From contig NC_016070.1 of assembly GCF_000253055.1 (NCBI RefSeq), forward strand, positions 810,001-842,000: DNA of 32,000 nucleotides. Direction: 5' to 3'. Each line of letters opens with the position of its first letter. The stretch's first letter is position 1. Positions 1-8,113 of the stretch are shown here, piece after piece. The notes under the pieces were generated by a model. That model saw only the letters and a program-made list of their open reading frames with translations, had not been told where the DNA came from and made no database searches. The translations under genes and the position numbers were made by a program. The DNA comes from Thermoproteus tenax Kra 1 (GTDB taxonomy: Archaea > Thermoproteota > Thermoprotei > Thermoproteales > Thermoproteaceae).

Positions 1-399
1 TAACTCTCTGACTACGTCCGCCCTCCCCATTCTGTAGAAACAGCTATAGGGATGTCCCTCATTTATAGTGAAAGCCTCGAACTCAACACGAGGGAAGTGC
101 CCCCTTTTACGCAACTTCCCGAGTACGTCCAAGAGCACGAGGCTATCCTTGCCTCCAGATATCGCTATGGCAACCCTGTCGCCGGAAATTATCATCTTTT
201 CCTCCCGGATCGTTCTCAACACCTTCTCCTCGATGGATCTGAACAAACAACTGAGACAGAGCTTCTCGCCGCTACTCCTTCGGAGAAACTGCGCTGGCCT
301 TCTACCGCAAGACGTGCACAGATCCACGACCAGCGCTCCCTGCCCTAAAGGGCGAGGCTTGCTGTTTGTGACGTCATTGGAGGTGAGGTATGGCGCCAT
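1..399 (-). CDS. TtcA/TtuA/Ncs6-like PP-loop tRNA thiolase (N-terminal part, truncated by left window edge)
   Basis: Own reading of the minus strand. The frame is open from 399 to 1 with no stop: MAPYLTSNDVTNSKPRPLGQGALVVDLCTSCGRRPAQFLRRSSGEKLCLSCLFRSIEEKVLRTIREEKMIISGDRVAIAISGGKDSLVLLDVLGKLRKRGHFPRVEFEAFTINEGHPYSC... It has an N-terminal CxxC..CxxC zinc finger and the SGGKDS PP-loop. Absent from the ORF track, apparently because it runs off the edge. Alternative GTG start at 327. Confidence 0.85.
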   Translation of the reverse strand, partial: MAPYLTSNDVTNSKPRPLGQGALVVDLCTSCGRRPAQFLRRSSGEKLCLSCLFRSIEEKVLRTIREEKMIISGDRVAIAISGGKDSLVLLDVLGKLRKRGHFPRVEFEAFTINEGHPYSCFYRMGRADVVREL

Positions 400-580
400 G
401 TTTCTTCTCCACTTTATCTATCTGAACGGTGTATGTATCGAGCCGCGTCCGGAAGATGTAGAACACGGTGCCACAGTTCTTACACCTAGCTATCATTATC
501 GTGTTCTCGGGCCCCTTATATCTATAGGTGTGGGGCGGCGGCATCGCCTCCCAGTCCGGCAAATTGCACACTGGGCACAT
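374..580 (-). CDS. small zinc-ribbon protein (CPVC...CKNC)
   Basis: ORF 374..715 trimmed to the internal ATG at 580: MCPVCNLPDWEAMPPPHTYRYKGPENTIMIARCKNCGTVFYIFRTRLDTYTVQIDKVEKKHGAIPHLQ. Two CxxC pairs. Confidence 0.6.
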   Translation of the reverse strand: MCPVCNLPDWEAMPPPHTYRYKGPENTIMIARCKNCGTVFYIFRTRLDTYTVQIDKVEKKHGAIPHLQ

Positions 581-644
581 TATGGACACAAAGTTTCCCG
601 ATTGCCTATTATTTGTTTTTAACTGATGACGAATAATTACACTT

Positions 645-1379
645 GTGACGACGTCCGTGAGGTTTGTAGACCCCTCGGTACGTCTGGTCGGCCATTGGGG
701 CTCCGAGGAGCTCATCTCCTCGTTTGTGGACGTCCTCTACAGAGGAGAGGAGCGGGCGCAGGATCCGGCCACTGTGGCCAAGAGGATAAAGATGTTCTAC
801 CGTCTGGGCCACTGGTCAGTCTTCGAGTTCATGGGGGCCCAGTTCCTCGTGGAGTGCTCCCGCGCCTGCCACACCCAGTTCATAAGGCACAGGCTCGCCT
901 CCTACTGGTCCGAGTCGCAACGCTATGTGGACTACGCCAAGAGGCCGATTAGGTTCATAGTGCCCAAGGGGTTCCCGGAGGAGGCGCTGAGGAGGGCCTA
1001 CGAGGACTACCTCAAGCTCAGAGAGCTCTACCCGCCCGAGTACGCCAGAATGGCGTTGCCCAACGCAACCGCGGTGAAGTTCGCCGTCCAGATGAACGCC
1101 AGAGAGCTCCTTCTGAACTTCGTCCCACTGAGGTGCTCGGCCGCGGCCCAGGCCGAGATCAGACACATCTGTTGGCAGATGTTCGCCCACGCCTGGCGGC
1201 TGTGGCCCACGCTGTCCCGCCTCGTCTGGGACGACCTGCCCAACCTCCACAGGGACTTCTGCACCAAGGTGCCCAAGGGCGAGGACTGCCGCCTATATGC
1301 CATAAGAGACGCTGAGGAGAAACACGGCCAGTTGCCCGAGAAGCCGTGGCTTCAAAGGGCAAGCGTAGAATACTTATAA
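645..1379 (+). CDS. thyX: flavin-dependent thymidylate synthase ThyX
   Basis: ThyX-type RHRxxSxxxxSxRY motif (RHRLASYWSESQRY), plus full-length collinear features (FxRHRLA, NAREL..F...RCSxxAQxEIR). Confidence 0.93.
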   Translation: MTTSVRFVDPSVRLVGHWGSEELISSFVDVLYRGEERAQDPATVAKRIKMFYRLGHWSVFEFMGAQFLVECSRACHTQFIRHRLASYWSESQRYVDYAKRPIRFIVPKGFPEEALRRAYEDYLKLRELYPPEYARMALPNATAVKFAVQMNARELLLNFVPLRCSAAAQAEIRHICWQMFAHAWRLWPTLSRLVWDDLPNLHRDFCTKVPKGEDCRLYAIRDAEEKHGQLPEKPWLQRASVEYL

Positions 1380-2215
1380 GAGGCCTAGAGGCTGGGGCTG
1401 CCTACTTGGCATATCTTCTAGCTAAGTCGGGGGACAGAGTCGTCATTGAGACAAAGCGACCCCACGACGTGTATATATACGATCTATCGCCCCCGCGCCC
1501 GCTCTTTACGTTGAAGTTTTTGAACGACGTGGTACTGGCGGATATAGTTGATTCGGCCGACGCCGATAAGTTCGAAATAGTTGTGGACTCCTGCGACATC
1601 GACGAGCATAGCGTCTTGAAACTCTACGAGGGCACGGGGTCTGTATATATAAGAGGAGATCCCTGGCTCTCTGCAACTGTGTCCCTATGGAGGGGGGCCC
1701 CCGCGCCCTCTGCGGTCGACCTCCCGCTCGAGAAGACGGAGAAATACGAGGAGGTCGACTTAGAGGTGGAGAGATACCACGGAGCCAGCTATACACTCTG
1801 TGAGGCGGTCGACTATCCGTCGGGCGAGAAATACGTAGTGAAAAGGTCTCTCGAGAGGGTCTATATCGCGGCTGACATATTCGCAGAGCTCAAGCTAGGC
1901 CTTAGAAGACCGCCGAACCTAAAGCTAGAGTACGCAGTGGGGAAGGAGGAGGTGCTCGCGGCCTTTGGAGCTAAAGCTGTGGGCAAGTCGTCCAGAGTAT
2001 CACATGGGGGCGTAAGTATATCGACGTACGGAGAAGGGGGAGAGATAAAATTTGTGACAGTTAGAGCCCCCGTGCACGACTTGGACAAGGTGCTCTTGCT
2101 CTACAACGGGATGAGGTTGAACAGACACTTCTATCTCTACGACGTGAGTACGTCGAGGGGGCTCCTCAATATATCTGCGCTAGGCCATTTAACGAGGCAC
2201 TTGAGACAGAGCTAA
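1346..2215 (+). CDS. conserved hypothetical protein with Rossmann-like N-terminus
   Basis: Long ORF; N-terminus RRILIRGLEAGAAYLAYLLAKSGDRVVIE resembles a beta-alpha-beta nucleotide-binding fold. The GTG start overlaps thyX. A TATA-like ACTTATAAG at 1373-1381 leaves a downstream TTG start (about 1406) possible. Confidence 0.6.
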   Translation: MASKGKRRILIRGLEAGAAYLAYLLAKSGDRVVIETKRPHDVYIYDLSPPRPLFTLKFLNDVVLADIVDSADADKFEIVVDSCDIDEHSVLKLYEGTGSVYIRGDPWLSATVSLWRGAPAPSAVDLPLEKTEKYEEVDLEVERYHGASYTLCEAVDYPSGEKYVVKRSLERVYIAADIFAELKLGLRRPPNLKLEYAVGKEEVLAAFGAKAVGKSSRVSHGGVSISTYGEGGEIKFVTVRAPVHDLDKVLLLYNGMRLNRHFYLYDVSTSRGLLNISALGHLTRHLRQS

Positions 2216-2251
2216 AGCGAAAATTTATAAAGAGCTTCTTCACCTCCGACG

Positions 2252-2806
2252 ATGGCTAAATCGGCTTATGCGTATATGGCGATGTGGTATTCTAAGGAGG
2301 GGCGCGAGGTCGAGGAGAGAGTCATGAGAGCGCGTCTGATAGAGTGGCGCAGACAGCCCGCAATAGTGCGGGTGGAGAGACCCACGCGTTTGAACCGCGC
2401 GAGAGCCCTAGGATATAAGGCCAAGCAAGGGGTCGTGGTGGTCAGAGTCAGGCTAAGGAGGGGGCCCTTTAACAGGAGGAGGCCCGACTCAGGCAGAAGG
2501 CCCAAGAGGATGGGAGTGTACGGAATAACCCTCTGGAAGAACTGGCAACAAGTGGCGGAGGAGAGGGCATCGCGAAAGTACCCCAATCTTGAGGTGCTGG
2601 GAAGCTACTGGGTGGCCGACGACGGCATGTACAGATACTATGAGGTAATAATGATAGATCCCAACGCGCCGACTATAAAGAGCGATAGGGACTACTGGGG
2701 TATAGTAGGGAGGGAGAGCAAACGCAGATGGAAGATGCGTAGACTGAGGCAGAGGCAGAGGAGGCTAATAGAGAAGCTGAAGGCCAGATTAAGCGCAAGC
2801 AAGTGA
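2252..2806 (+). CDS. rpl15e: 50S ribosomal protein L15e
   Basis: [16 protein letters not shown]...[29 protein letters not shown]...[15 protein letters not shown] is characteristic of L15e. Confidence 0.96.
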   Translation: MAKSAYAYMAMWYSKEGREVEERVMRARLIEWRRQPAIVRVERPTRLNRARALGYKAKQGVVVVRVRLRRGPFNRRRPDSGRRPKRMGVYGITLWKNWQQVAEERASRKYPNLEVLGSYWVADDGMYRYYEVIMIDPNAPTIKSDRDYWGIVGRESKRRWKMRRLRQRQRRLIEKLKARLSASK

Positions 2807-3138
2807 GATGCTTTATAGAGCTATCGTTGTTAGTTCACGCCACTGAGGATCTCGACAAAGTCTTCAAATCGCTGAGGAGGTTCTTCGGAGATCTTCCATA
2901 TATAATACAGCCGCTTCAGGGTCACTACGGAAACCCAATTTACCTCATAACGGCTTACTCGGAGAACTGCGAGGGTTTACTGGCCATATTGTGTCCCCAC
3001 ATAGGAAACTCAGCTGAGGCATACATCAGACTAGATAAGAGCAAGCTAGTCCAAGGCGAGGTGGCCGTGTCGAGGGGCGACGACGTGGTCAGACTGAGAA
3101 TTAGGGGGGCTGACTGTGCCGGACGTGTTAAAAATTAG
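2803..3138 (+). CDS. archaeal exosome-neighbour RNA-binding protein (COG1325/DUF54-like)
   Basis: 111 aa protein starting at the L15e stop. Call rests mainly on the conserved archaeal order L15e - COG1325 - Rpp30 - Pop5. Confidence 0.6.
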   Translation: MRCFIELSLLVHATEDLDKVFKSLRRFFGDLPYIIQPLQGHYGNPIYLITAYSENCEGLLAILCPHIGNSAEAYIRLDKSKLVQGEVAVSRGDDVVRLRIRGADCAGRVKN

Positions 3139-3646
3139 GAGAGGGTTCGTTGAGTGGGATCTGAGGAGCAGCGACGCCGAGGAGCAACTCTGGGAGGTCG
3201 GAGTCAGGGCGGCGCTGGCGAGACCCGGCGTTCTGACTACTAGGATAGCGCCGGCGGTGCGGGGAAGAGACGTGTTGGCGGCCGAAGTTCCGAACAGAGC
3301 GAAGTTCAATGTATACGTGCACAGAGAGGGCGTTCAAGTGCTCACAGTGAACCCTCGGGAGGTGTTGACCAGACACCAAGTCCGCGCGGCGCTTAAGGAG
3401 GGCAAGTATGTAGAGCTGAGGCTGAGGCCTCTCTTGGAAGACTTGGGCCGGTTGGTCAGTTGGCTTGAGGTGCTAGAGCCGGAGATAACCCTTTTCTCGA
3501 CGCCCGTGGGCTCGCCCAAAGACGTCAAGTCGCCTTTAGACATAGGCGCGTTGCTTGAGGAATTGACTGAGGATCCAGCCTGGCCGCGGCAACTTGAGAG
3601 GGGCCTAGAGATCCTCGTGGAGCTAATGTTGGAGAATGAGAACTAA
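3116..3646 (+). CDS. candidate RNase P protein component 3 (Rpp30), short form
   Basis: 176 aa, FVEWDLR N-terminus similar to the Rpp30 start, positioned between the COG1325-like and Pop5-like genes. Sequence similarity is weak by eye. Confidence 0.5.
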   Translation: MPDVLKIRRGFVEWDLRSSDAEEQLWEVGVRAALARPGVLTTRIAPAVRGRDVLAAEVPNRAKFNVYVHREGVQVLTVNPREVLTRHQVRAALKEGKYVELRLRPLLEDLGRLVSWLEVLEPEITLFSTPVGSPKDVKSPLDIGALLEELTEDPAWPRQLERGLEILVELMLENEN

Positions 3647-3929
3647 GTTCCGCTATCTGCTCATAAGGGCGGAGGACGTGGAGAGATGTCTCGAGGAATT
3701 AAACCTAGGCTACATAGCGGTGTTGGGTCTGATGTATAGGCTCTACTATTTCGATCTAATCGGCATATACGACGACATAATCGTCGTAAGGGTCCCGCGG
3801 GCGTTAGTCCGTAGATCGCGGGCATTGATTGCGCTTTTGGAAGGATGTAGGACGGTGAAGGTCAGGGGAACCCTTAAATCGGCAAGGAAGACGGCGATGT
3901 CCATAAGACGCGCCCAAAGGATATATTGA
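3636..3929 (+). CDS. candidate RNase P protein component 2 (Pop5)
   Basis: 97 aa beginning MRTKFRYLLIRAED, with the Pop5-like pattern ('K.RYLL...') and conserved gene order downstream of the Rpp30-like gene. Confidence 0.6.
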   Translation: MRTKFRYLLIRAEDVERCLEELNLGYIAVLGLMYRLYYFDLIGIYDDIIVVRVPRALVRRSRALIALLEGCRTVKVRGTLKSARKTAMSIRRAQRIY

Positions 3930-3944
3930 GGCGCACAATGATAT

Positions 3945-3998
3945 ATGTGATGAAGGGCATCAAATAGGATCGATGAAGACCTCGCGACGAGCTGACCC
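3945..3998 (+). ncRNA. candidate C/D-box sRNA
   Basis: GTGATGA (C, 3947-3953) - AGGGCATCAAAT - weak D' (AGGA) - CGATGAA (C', 3971-3977) - GACCTCGCGACGAG - CTGA (D, 3992-3995). Spacing fits the roughly 50-nt archaeal dual-guide layout. Confidence 0.6.
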
Positions 3999-4894
3999 TA
4001 CCTCTTGGCTAACTCGAGGAGCCTGTCCACGATGAACGGGGCAGGGTTTATACCTGTAGCCGTCTTGAAGCCCTGCCAGGACATACTTGGATTCACCTCG
4101 AATACAAAGTATCCCTCGTCTGTCTCGGCTATGTCAACTCCACCGTACTCTAGCCCGAGCGCTTTGACGGACTTAACGGCGAGCTCCTCAAGCTCTGGCG
4201 TCAGCTTTGCGGGCTCAGGCCGGGCGCCCTGGGCTATATTGGTCTTCCAGTTCTCAGATCTGCGGAACTCGGCCCCTATAGCCCTATCGCCTACTACGAC
4301 CACTCTATAATCTCCCCCCCTCTTCTCCACGTATCTCTGGACGTAGAAGGGCTTGTTGAGATTCGTCATCATAGAGAAAACGTGCATAGCTATATCGGGA
4401 TCATTGAGTCTGAACACGCCATATCCCATGCTTCCTCTCAGAGGCTTGACTACAGCTTCGCGGAACTCGCGCACAGCTCTATACGCCGAGAACATGTTCT
4501 CGCTGACGATGGTGTCGGGCACCGGCACGTTTGCTCTGAGTAACGCGGCGGTGCTCGCAAGCTTGTCGCTGGCCACTAACCAACTCAGAACAGGGTTGAT
4601 CACTTTGGTGCCAGCCAGCTCGATCGATCTTGCGGCGAATACCCTGTAGGAGAACTGCTCGAAATCTCTGAAGATGCCCAGATGTCTCAACACGGCGGCC
4701 GGCACCTCAAGCCTCTCTGGCTCGCCTCTCCCGATCGACTGCCAGATCTCAATGCCGTTTCTCAGCCTCACCTCGATCATATCTATGTATATGCGTATAG
4801 GTCTGTGCCCCCTCTCTGTTATGGCGGCCTCTAGGTCGGCGACATCACCTGGATTGAACTCTACCTCATAAGGCCTAATGATGCCTATGTTCAT
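3998..4894 (-). CDS. RimK/LysX-family ATP-grasp ligase
   Basis: MNIGIIRP..., SDKLASTAALLRANVPVPDTI, VVKPLRGSMGYGVFR, FYVQRYVEKRGGDYRVVVVGDRAIGA, GGVDIAETDEGYFVFEVNPSMSWQGF are ATP-grasp/RimK signatures. Confidence 0.88.
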   Translation of the reverse strand: MNIGIIRPYEVEFNPGDVADLEAAITERGHRPIRIYIDMIEVRLRNGIEIWQSIGRGEPERLEVPAAVLRHLGIFRDFEQFSYRVFAARSIELAGTKVINPVLSWLVASDKLASTAALLRANVPVPDTIVSENMFSAYRAVREFREAVVKPLRGSMGYGVFRLNDPDIAMHVFSMMTNLNKPFYVQRYVEKRGGDYRVVVVGDRAIGAEFRRSENWKTNIAQGARPEPAKLTPELEELAVKSVKALGLEYGGVDIAETDEGYFVFEVNPSMSWQGFKTATGINPAPFIVDRLLELAKR

Positions 4895-4915
4895 AGAGGA
4901 GGGAGGGACCCTGGA

Positions 4916-5545
4916 TTAAAAGAATTCAAACGTCTTGAGCTCAACGCCGCGTAGATCGCGGCATAGGGCCGGCAGAAGGTATTGTGCCACTAGGTCGGGC
5001 TCCGCGATCTTCAGCGCCTTTAGTTGGCCGGCCACTACGGCCACCGGCTGTCCCACTATCTGTAGCGCCGGGTTATACAGTTGGCACCCTTGAGGGTGGT
5101 CGTATAGAGCGATGGGCTCAGGCGCTATCTCTCTGCAGTTGCCCGACTCGCATAAGTAAATACCAGAGGGTCTCTGCACCAGATATCTATCGGGCCCGAA
5201 CGGCACAATCGGACCCACGGGGCAGAGACACTCCCCGCCGGCAGCTCTATAAAGCTCATACAGTATCTTCACTACGGTATCCTCGCCGAGCCTCCCCCTA
5301 TATCTCTCGTAGAACGTCTGTATCGGTCTCTTGATATTCCCGCTTATCCTTACGCCTAAGGCCTTTCTTGCCTCATTGGGCTCCGCCCCCAATGCTATCA
5401 AGGGCCCGAGGAGGTCGTATCTGCTTATATTGTATCTATTCATCAAGTCCAAGCCCTTCTCCAAAAGAGAGGAGGAGTTCCTCGTGGGACATTCTAACGA
5501 GATAACGCTGCTTACACAGAGCTTTACTTCAACCGTTTGAGTCAT
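4916..5545 (-). CDS. conserved hypothetical protein with clustered cysteines
   Basis: 209 aa with CLCPVGP, CESGNC, GCQLY and LCRDL cysteine motifs. TATA-like CTTATAAAG (about 5564-5572) lies about 25 nt upstream of the start, consistent with leaderless initiation. Confidence 0.7.
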   Translation of the reverse strand: MTQTVEVKLCVSSVISLECPTRNSSSLLEKGLDLMNRYNISRYDLLGPLIALGAEPNEARKALGVRISGNIKRPIQTFYERYRGRLGEDTVVKILYELYRAAGGECLCPVGPIVPFGPDRYLVQRPSGIYLCESGNCREIAPEPIALYDHPQGCQLYNPALQIVGQPVAVVAGQLKALKIAEPDLVAQYLLPALCRDLRGVELKTFEFF

Positions 5546-5673
5546 AGGCTAATAATGGTCCCCTCTTATAAAGTGTCCGCCCACTAGAGGCTTAACGCCG
5601 GACCTGCCTCGGCGCCCTGGAGCCTGAGGGATCAGGCATATGTTGTTTTTATTGACACAACGGTAACCTGAAC

Positions 5674-6429
5674 ATGGCAACTTTAAATGTCGCCAACCTG
5701 CACGTTGAGGTCAGCGGCAAGAGGATCCTCAGGGGAGTGTCTCTGGAGGTCAAACAAGGGGAGATAGTCGCCTTGATGGGGCCAAACGGTTCGGGGAAGT
5801 CCACCCTGTTTCAGACCATTGCGGGCAATCCCAACTATAGAATAGTGGAGGGAGATATAGCTATAGACGGCGTATCAATAAAGGATTTGGCGCCCGAGGA
5901 GAGATTTAACAAGGGCATCTACGTGAGCTTCCAATCGCCGATTTCTGTGCCAGAGGTGCGCTTCGGTTTCTTGATACAAGCGGTCATGAACAAGAGGATG
6001 GGACGGAAGATGGACGAGCCCAACCCGAAGATGGCCGAGGCGCTGAAGATAGCCGAGGAGATTGGGCTGAGGCGAGATATATTCGACAGAGGCGTCGGAG
6101 TGGGCTTCAGCGGAGGCGAGTTCAAAAGAGCCGAGGTCTTATTGGCGTATTTGATGAGGCCGGCGATAGCTATCCTAGACGAGCCTGACTCAGGTCTGGA
6201 CATAGACGGCATAGCGGCAGTCAGCAAGATAATATCGTCTCTTGCAAGAGAAAGCTCCGGTGTATTGCTGTCGACCCACTACGCGAGGATTCTTAAGTTC
6301 TTAGAGCCGGACAGAGTCTACGTCATGTACAGCGGGCGGATTATAATGGCCGGCGGCTCGGAGATCGTCAAAAGAGTGGAAGAGGTAGGCTACGAGGGGC
6401 TCTTCAAAGAGTCGGGCGTTTTTCAGTAG
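5674..6429 (+). CDS. sufC: Fe-S cluster assembly ATPase SufC
   Basis: Walker A GPNGSGKST, signature FSGGEFKRAEVLLA, Walker B AILDEPDSGLDIDG; immediately followed by SufB. Confidence 0.96.
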   Translation: MATLNVANLHVEVSGKRILRGVSLEVKQGEIVALMGPNGSGKSTLFQTIAGNPNYRIVEGDIAIDGVSIKDLAPEERFNKGIYVSFQSPISVPEVRFGFLIQAVMNKRMGRKMDEPNPKMAEALKIAEEIGLRRDIFDRGVGVGFSGGEFKRAEVLLAYLMRPAIAILDEPDSGLDIDGIAAVSKIISSLARESSGVLLSTHYARILKFLEPDRVYVMYSGRIIMAGGSEIVKRVEEVGYEGLFKESGVFQ

Positions 6430-6481
6430 GCCCTGCCACCGGAATTTCGGAAGATATATAGCACAGAAACGAGATACTCAC

Positions 6482-7900
6482 ATGGAAGAACAGATCCACG
6501 GGTTCATTGAGGAAGCTGAGTCCGTCTCGCAATTGCTCGGCGTAGCTAGGCCGGTGAGCCACGAAGTTGTGCTCAAGGGGAAGATAACTAGAGATGTAGT
6601 TGAAGAGATAAGCAGAGTCAAGGGAGAGCCCGATTGGATGAAGCGCTTGAGGCTCCGCATGTTGGAGCTTTTCGAAAAGCTGCCGACACCTAAATGGGTG
6701 AGGGGAGTCGGCGAGATTGACCTTGAGGCTCTGGCGCACTACGCAAAGCCTCAGACGGTCGGAGTCCGTAGCTGGGACGAGGTCCCGAAGGAGATAAGAC
6801 AATATTACGAGAAGTTGGGTCTGCCCGAGATGGAGGTCAAAGCACTTCTGGGGCTAGCTACACAGTTTGACAGCGAGATCGTGTATTTCAATTTCAAGAA
6901 GAAGTTGGAGGAGAAGGGCGTCATAATGTTGCCTATGGAGGAGGCCGTAAGACGTTATCCGGACTTAGTGAAACAGTACTTCATGCGCGTCTTTCCGCCT
7001 GAGCACAAATTCGCCGCGCTCCACGGCGCCTTATGGTCGGGAGGCACTTTTATATATGTACCCCCTAACGTCAGAATTGAGCAGCCTCTGGAGACGTTCT
7101 TCTTAATAGGCACATCCCAAGAGAGCCAAATGGAGCACAGCATAGTGGTAGCTGATAGAGGTGCCTCCGTTCACTGGATAGAGGCCTGTTCTGCCCCGAG
7201 GCTCCTTAAGTATAGCTTCCACAACGGCATGGTTGAGGGTTATGCTCACGAGGGCGCGAACCTAAAAATAACGACTGTGCAGAATTGGTCCAGAGATATC
7301 GTCAATTTCAACAATAAGAGAGCTGTGGCCGAGGCCCGCGCCCACGTTCAGTGGGTGGAGGGAAGCATTGGGAGCAAGACGACCTATACTTTCCCATCAA
7401 CGATACTAAAGGGCGAGGGCTCCTCCACAGAGATATATGGAATCACGGCGGCTAAGGGAGGTCTCTGGAAGGAGAACGGGGCGAAGGTGTGGCACTTGGC
7501 ACCCAACACAAAGAGCCGAGTGGTCAATAAGAGCATCTCGGCCAAGGGCGGCGTCTCGGTGTACAGAGGGATGGTATATGTGGCCAAAGGCGCTAAGTAT
7601 GCCAAGAGCCACGTCCAATGTGACGCATTGGTGTTAGACGGAGACTCGGCGAATATAACAATACCACACGACCAAGTCTTTGAGGAGACCGCCGTTGTGA
7701 CGCACGAGGCTACGGCCAGCCGTATATCGGAGGAGAAGCTCATGTACTTAAGGTCTAGGGGGTTCACTGAGGACGAGGCCAAGGCCCTAGTGGTTCTAGG
7801 ATTTGTATCGGATATAGTTAAGGACTTGCCGTTCGAATACGCTGTTGTGCTTCGCAGAGTTCTCGAGCTGGAGTTCTCAAAGCTCGGTGCAGTTGGATAA
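6482..7900 (+). CDS. sufB: Fe-S cluster assembly scaffold SufB
   Basis: Hallmark stretches WSGGTFIYVPPNVRIEQPLETFF, VADRGASVHWIEACSAP, ENGAKVWHLAPNTKSRVVNKSIS, SHVQCDALVLD, VTHEATASRISEEKLMYLRSRG. Confidence 0.96.
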   Translation: MEEQIHGFIEEAESVSQLLGVARPVSHEVVLKGKITRDVVEEISRVKGEPDWMKRLRLRMLELFEKLPTPKWVRGVGEIDLEALAHYAKPQTVGVRSWDEVPKEIRQYYEKLGLPEMEVKALLGLATQFDSEIVYFNFKKKLEEKGVIMLPMEEAVRRYPDLVKQYFMRVFPPEHKFAALHGALWSGGTFIYVPPNVRIEQPLETFFLIGTSQESQMEHSIVVADRGASVHWIEACSAPRLLKYSFHNGMVEGYAHEGANLKITTVQNWSRDIVNFNNKRAVAEARAHVQWVEGSIGSKTTYTFPSTILKGEGSSTEIYGITAAKGGLWKENGAKVWHLAPNTKSRVVNKSISAKGGVSVYRGMVYVAKGAKYAKSHVQCDALVLDGDSANITIPHDQVFEETAVVTHEATASRISEEKLMYLRSRGFTEDEAKALVVLGFVSDIVKDLPFEYAVVLRRVLELEFSKLGAVG

Positions 7901-8001
7901 TTGCAGGCCCCATAGAGAGACCTAGCCGTTTTACGCCGAGCTCAAATGGGGGAGGACAAAGGATTGATGCCAAATTTAAATTGGGGCTAGATGATAGTTA
8001 A

Positions 8002-8056
8002 CGCTGTGATGAGGGCTGGGTTACGGATATGTGAGGAATTAGGAGCCAACTGAGTT
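8002..8056 (+). ncRNA. candidate C/D-box sRNA with its own promoter
   Basis: GTGATGA (C, 8006-8012) - GGGCTGGGTTA - CGGA (D', 8024-8027) - TA - TGTGAGG (C', 8030-8036) - AATTAGGAGCCAA - CTGA (D, 8050-8053). TATA-like AAATTTAAAT (7972-7981) lies about 26 nt upstream of the predicted 5' end. Confidence 0.65.
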
Positions 8057-8113
8057 CATCTAAAGACTAAATAGACCTATAGAGTTAAATAACACCTTGG
8101 TACTATAGTATGC

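Noticed and set aside
52-622. ORFs 52..348 and 68..622 on the + strand
   Set aside because: They are antisense to the minus-strand PP-loop thiolase and zinc-ribbon genes and show no coherent protein features.
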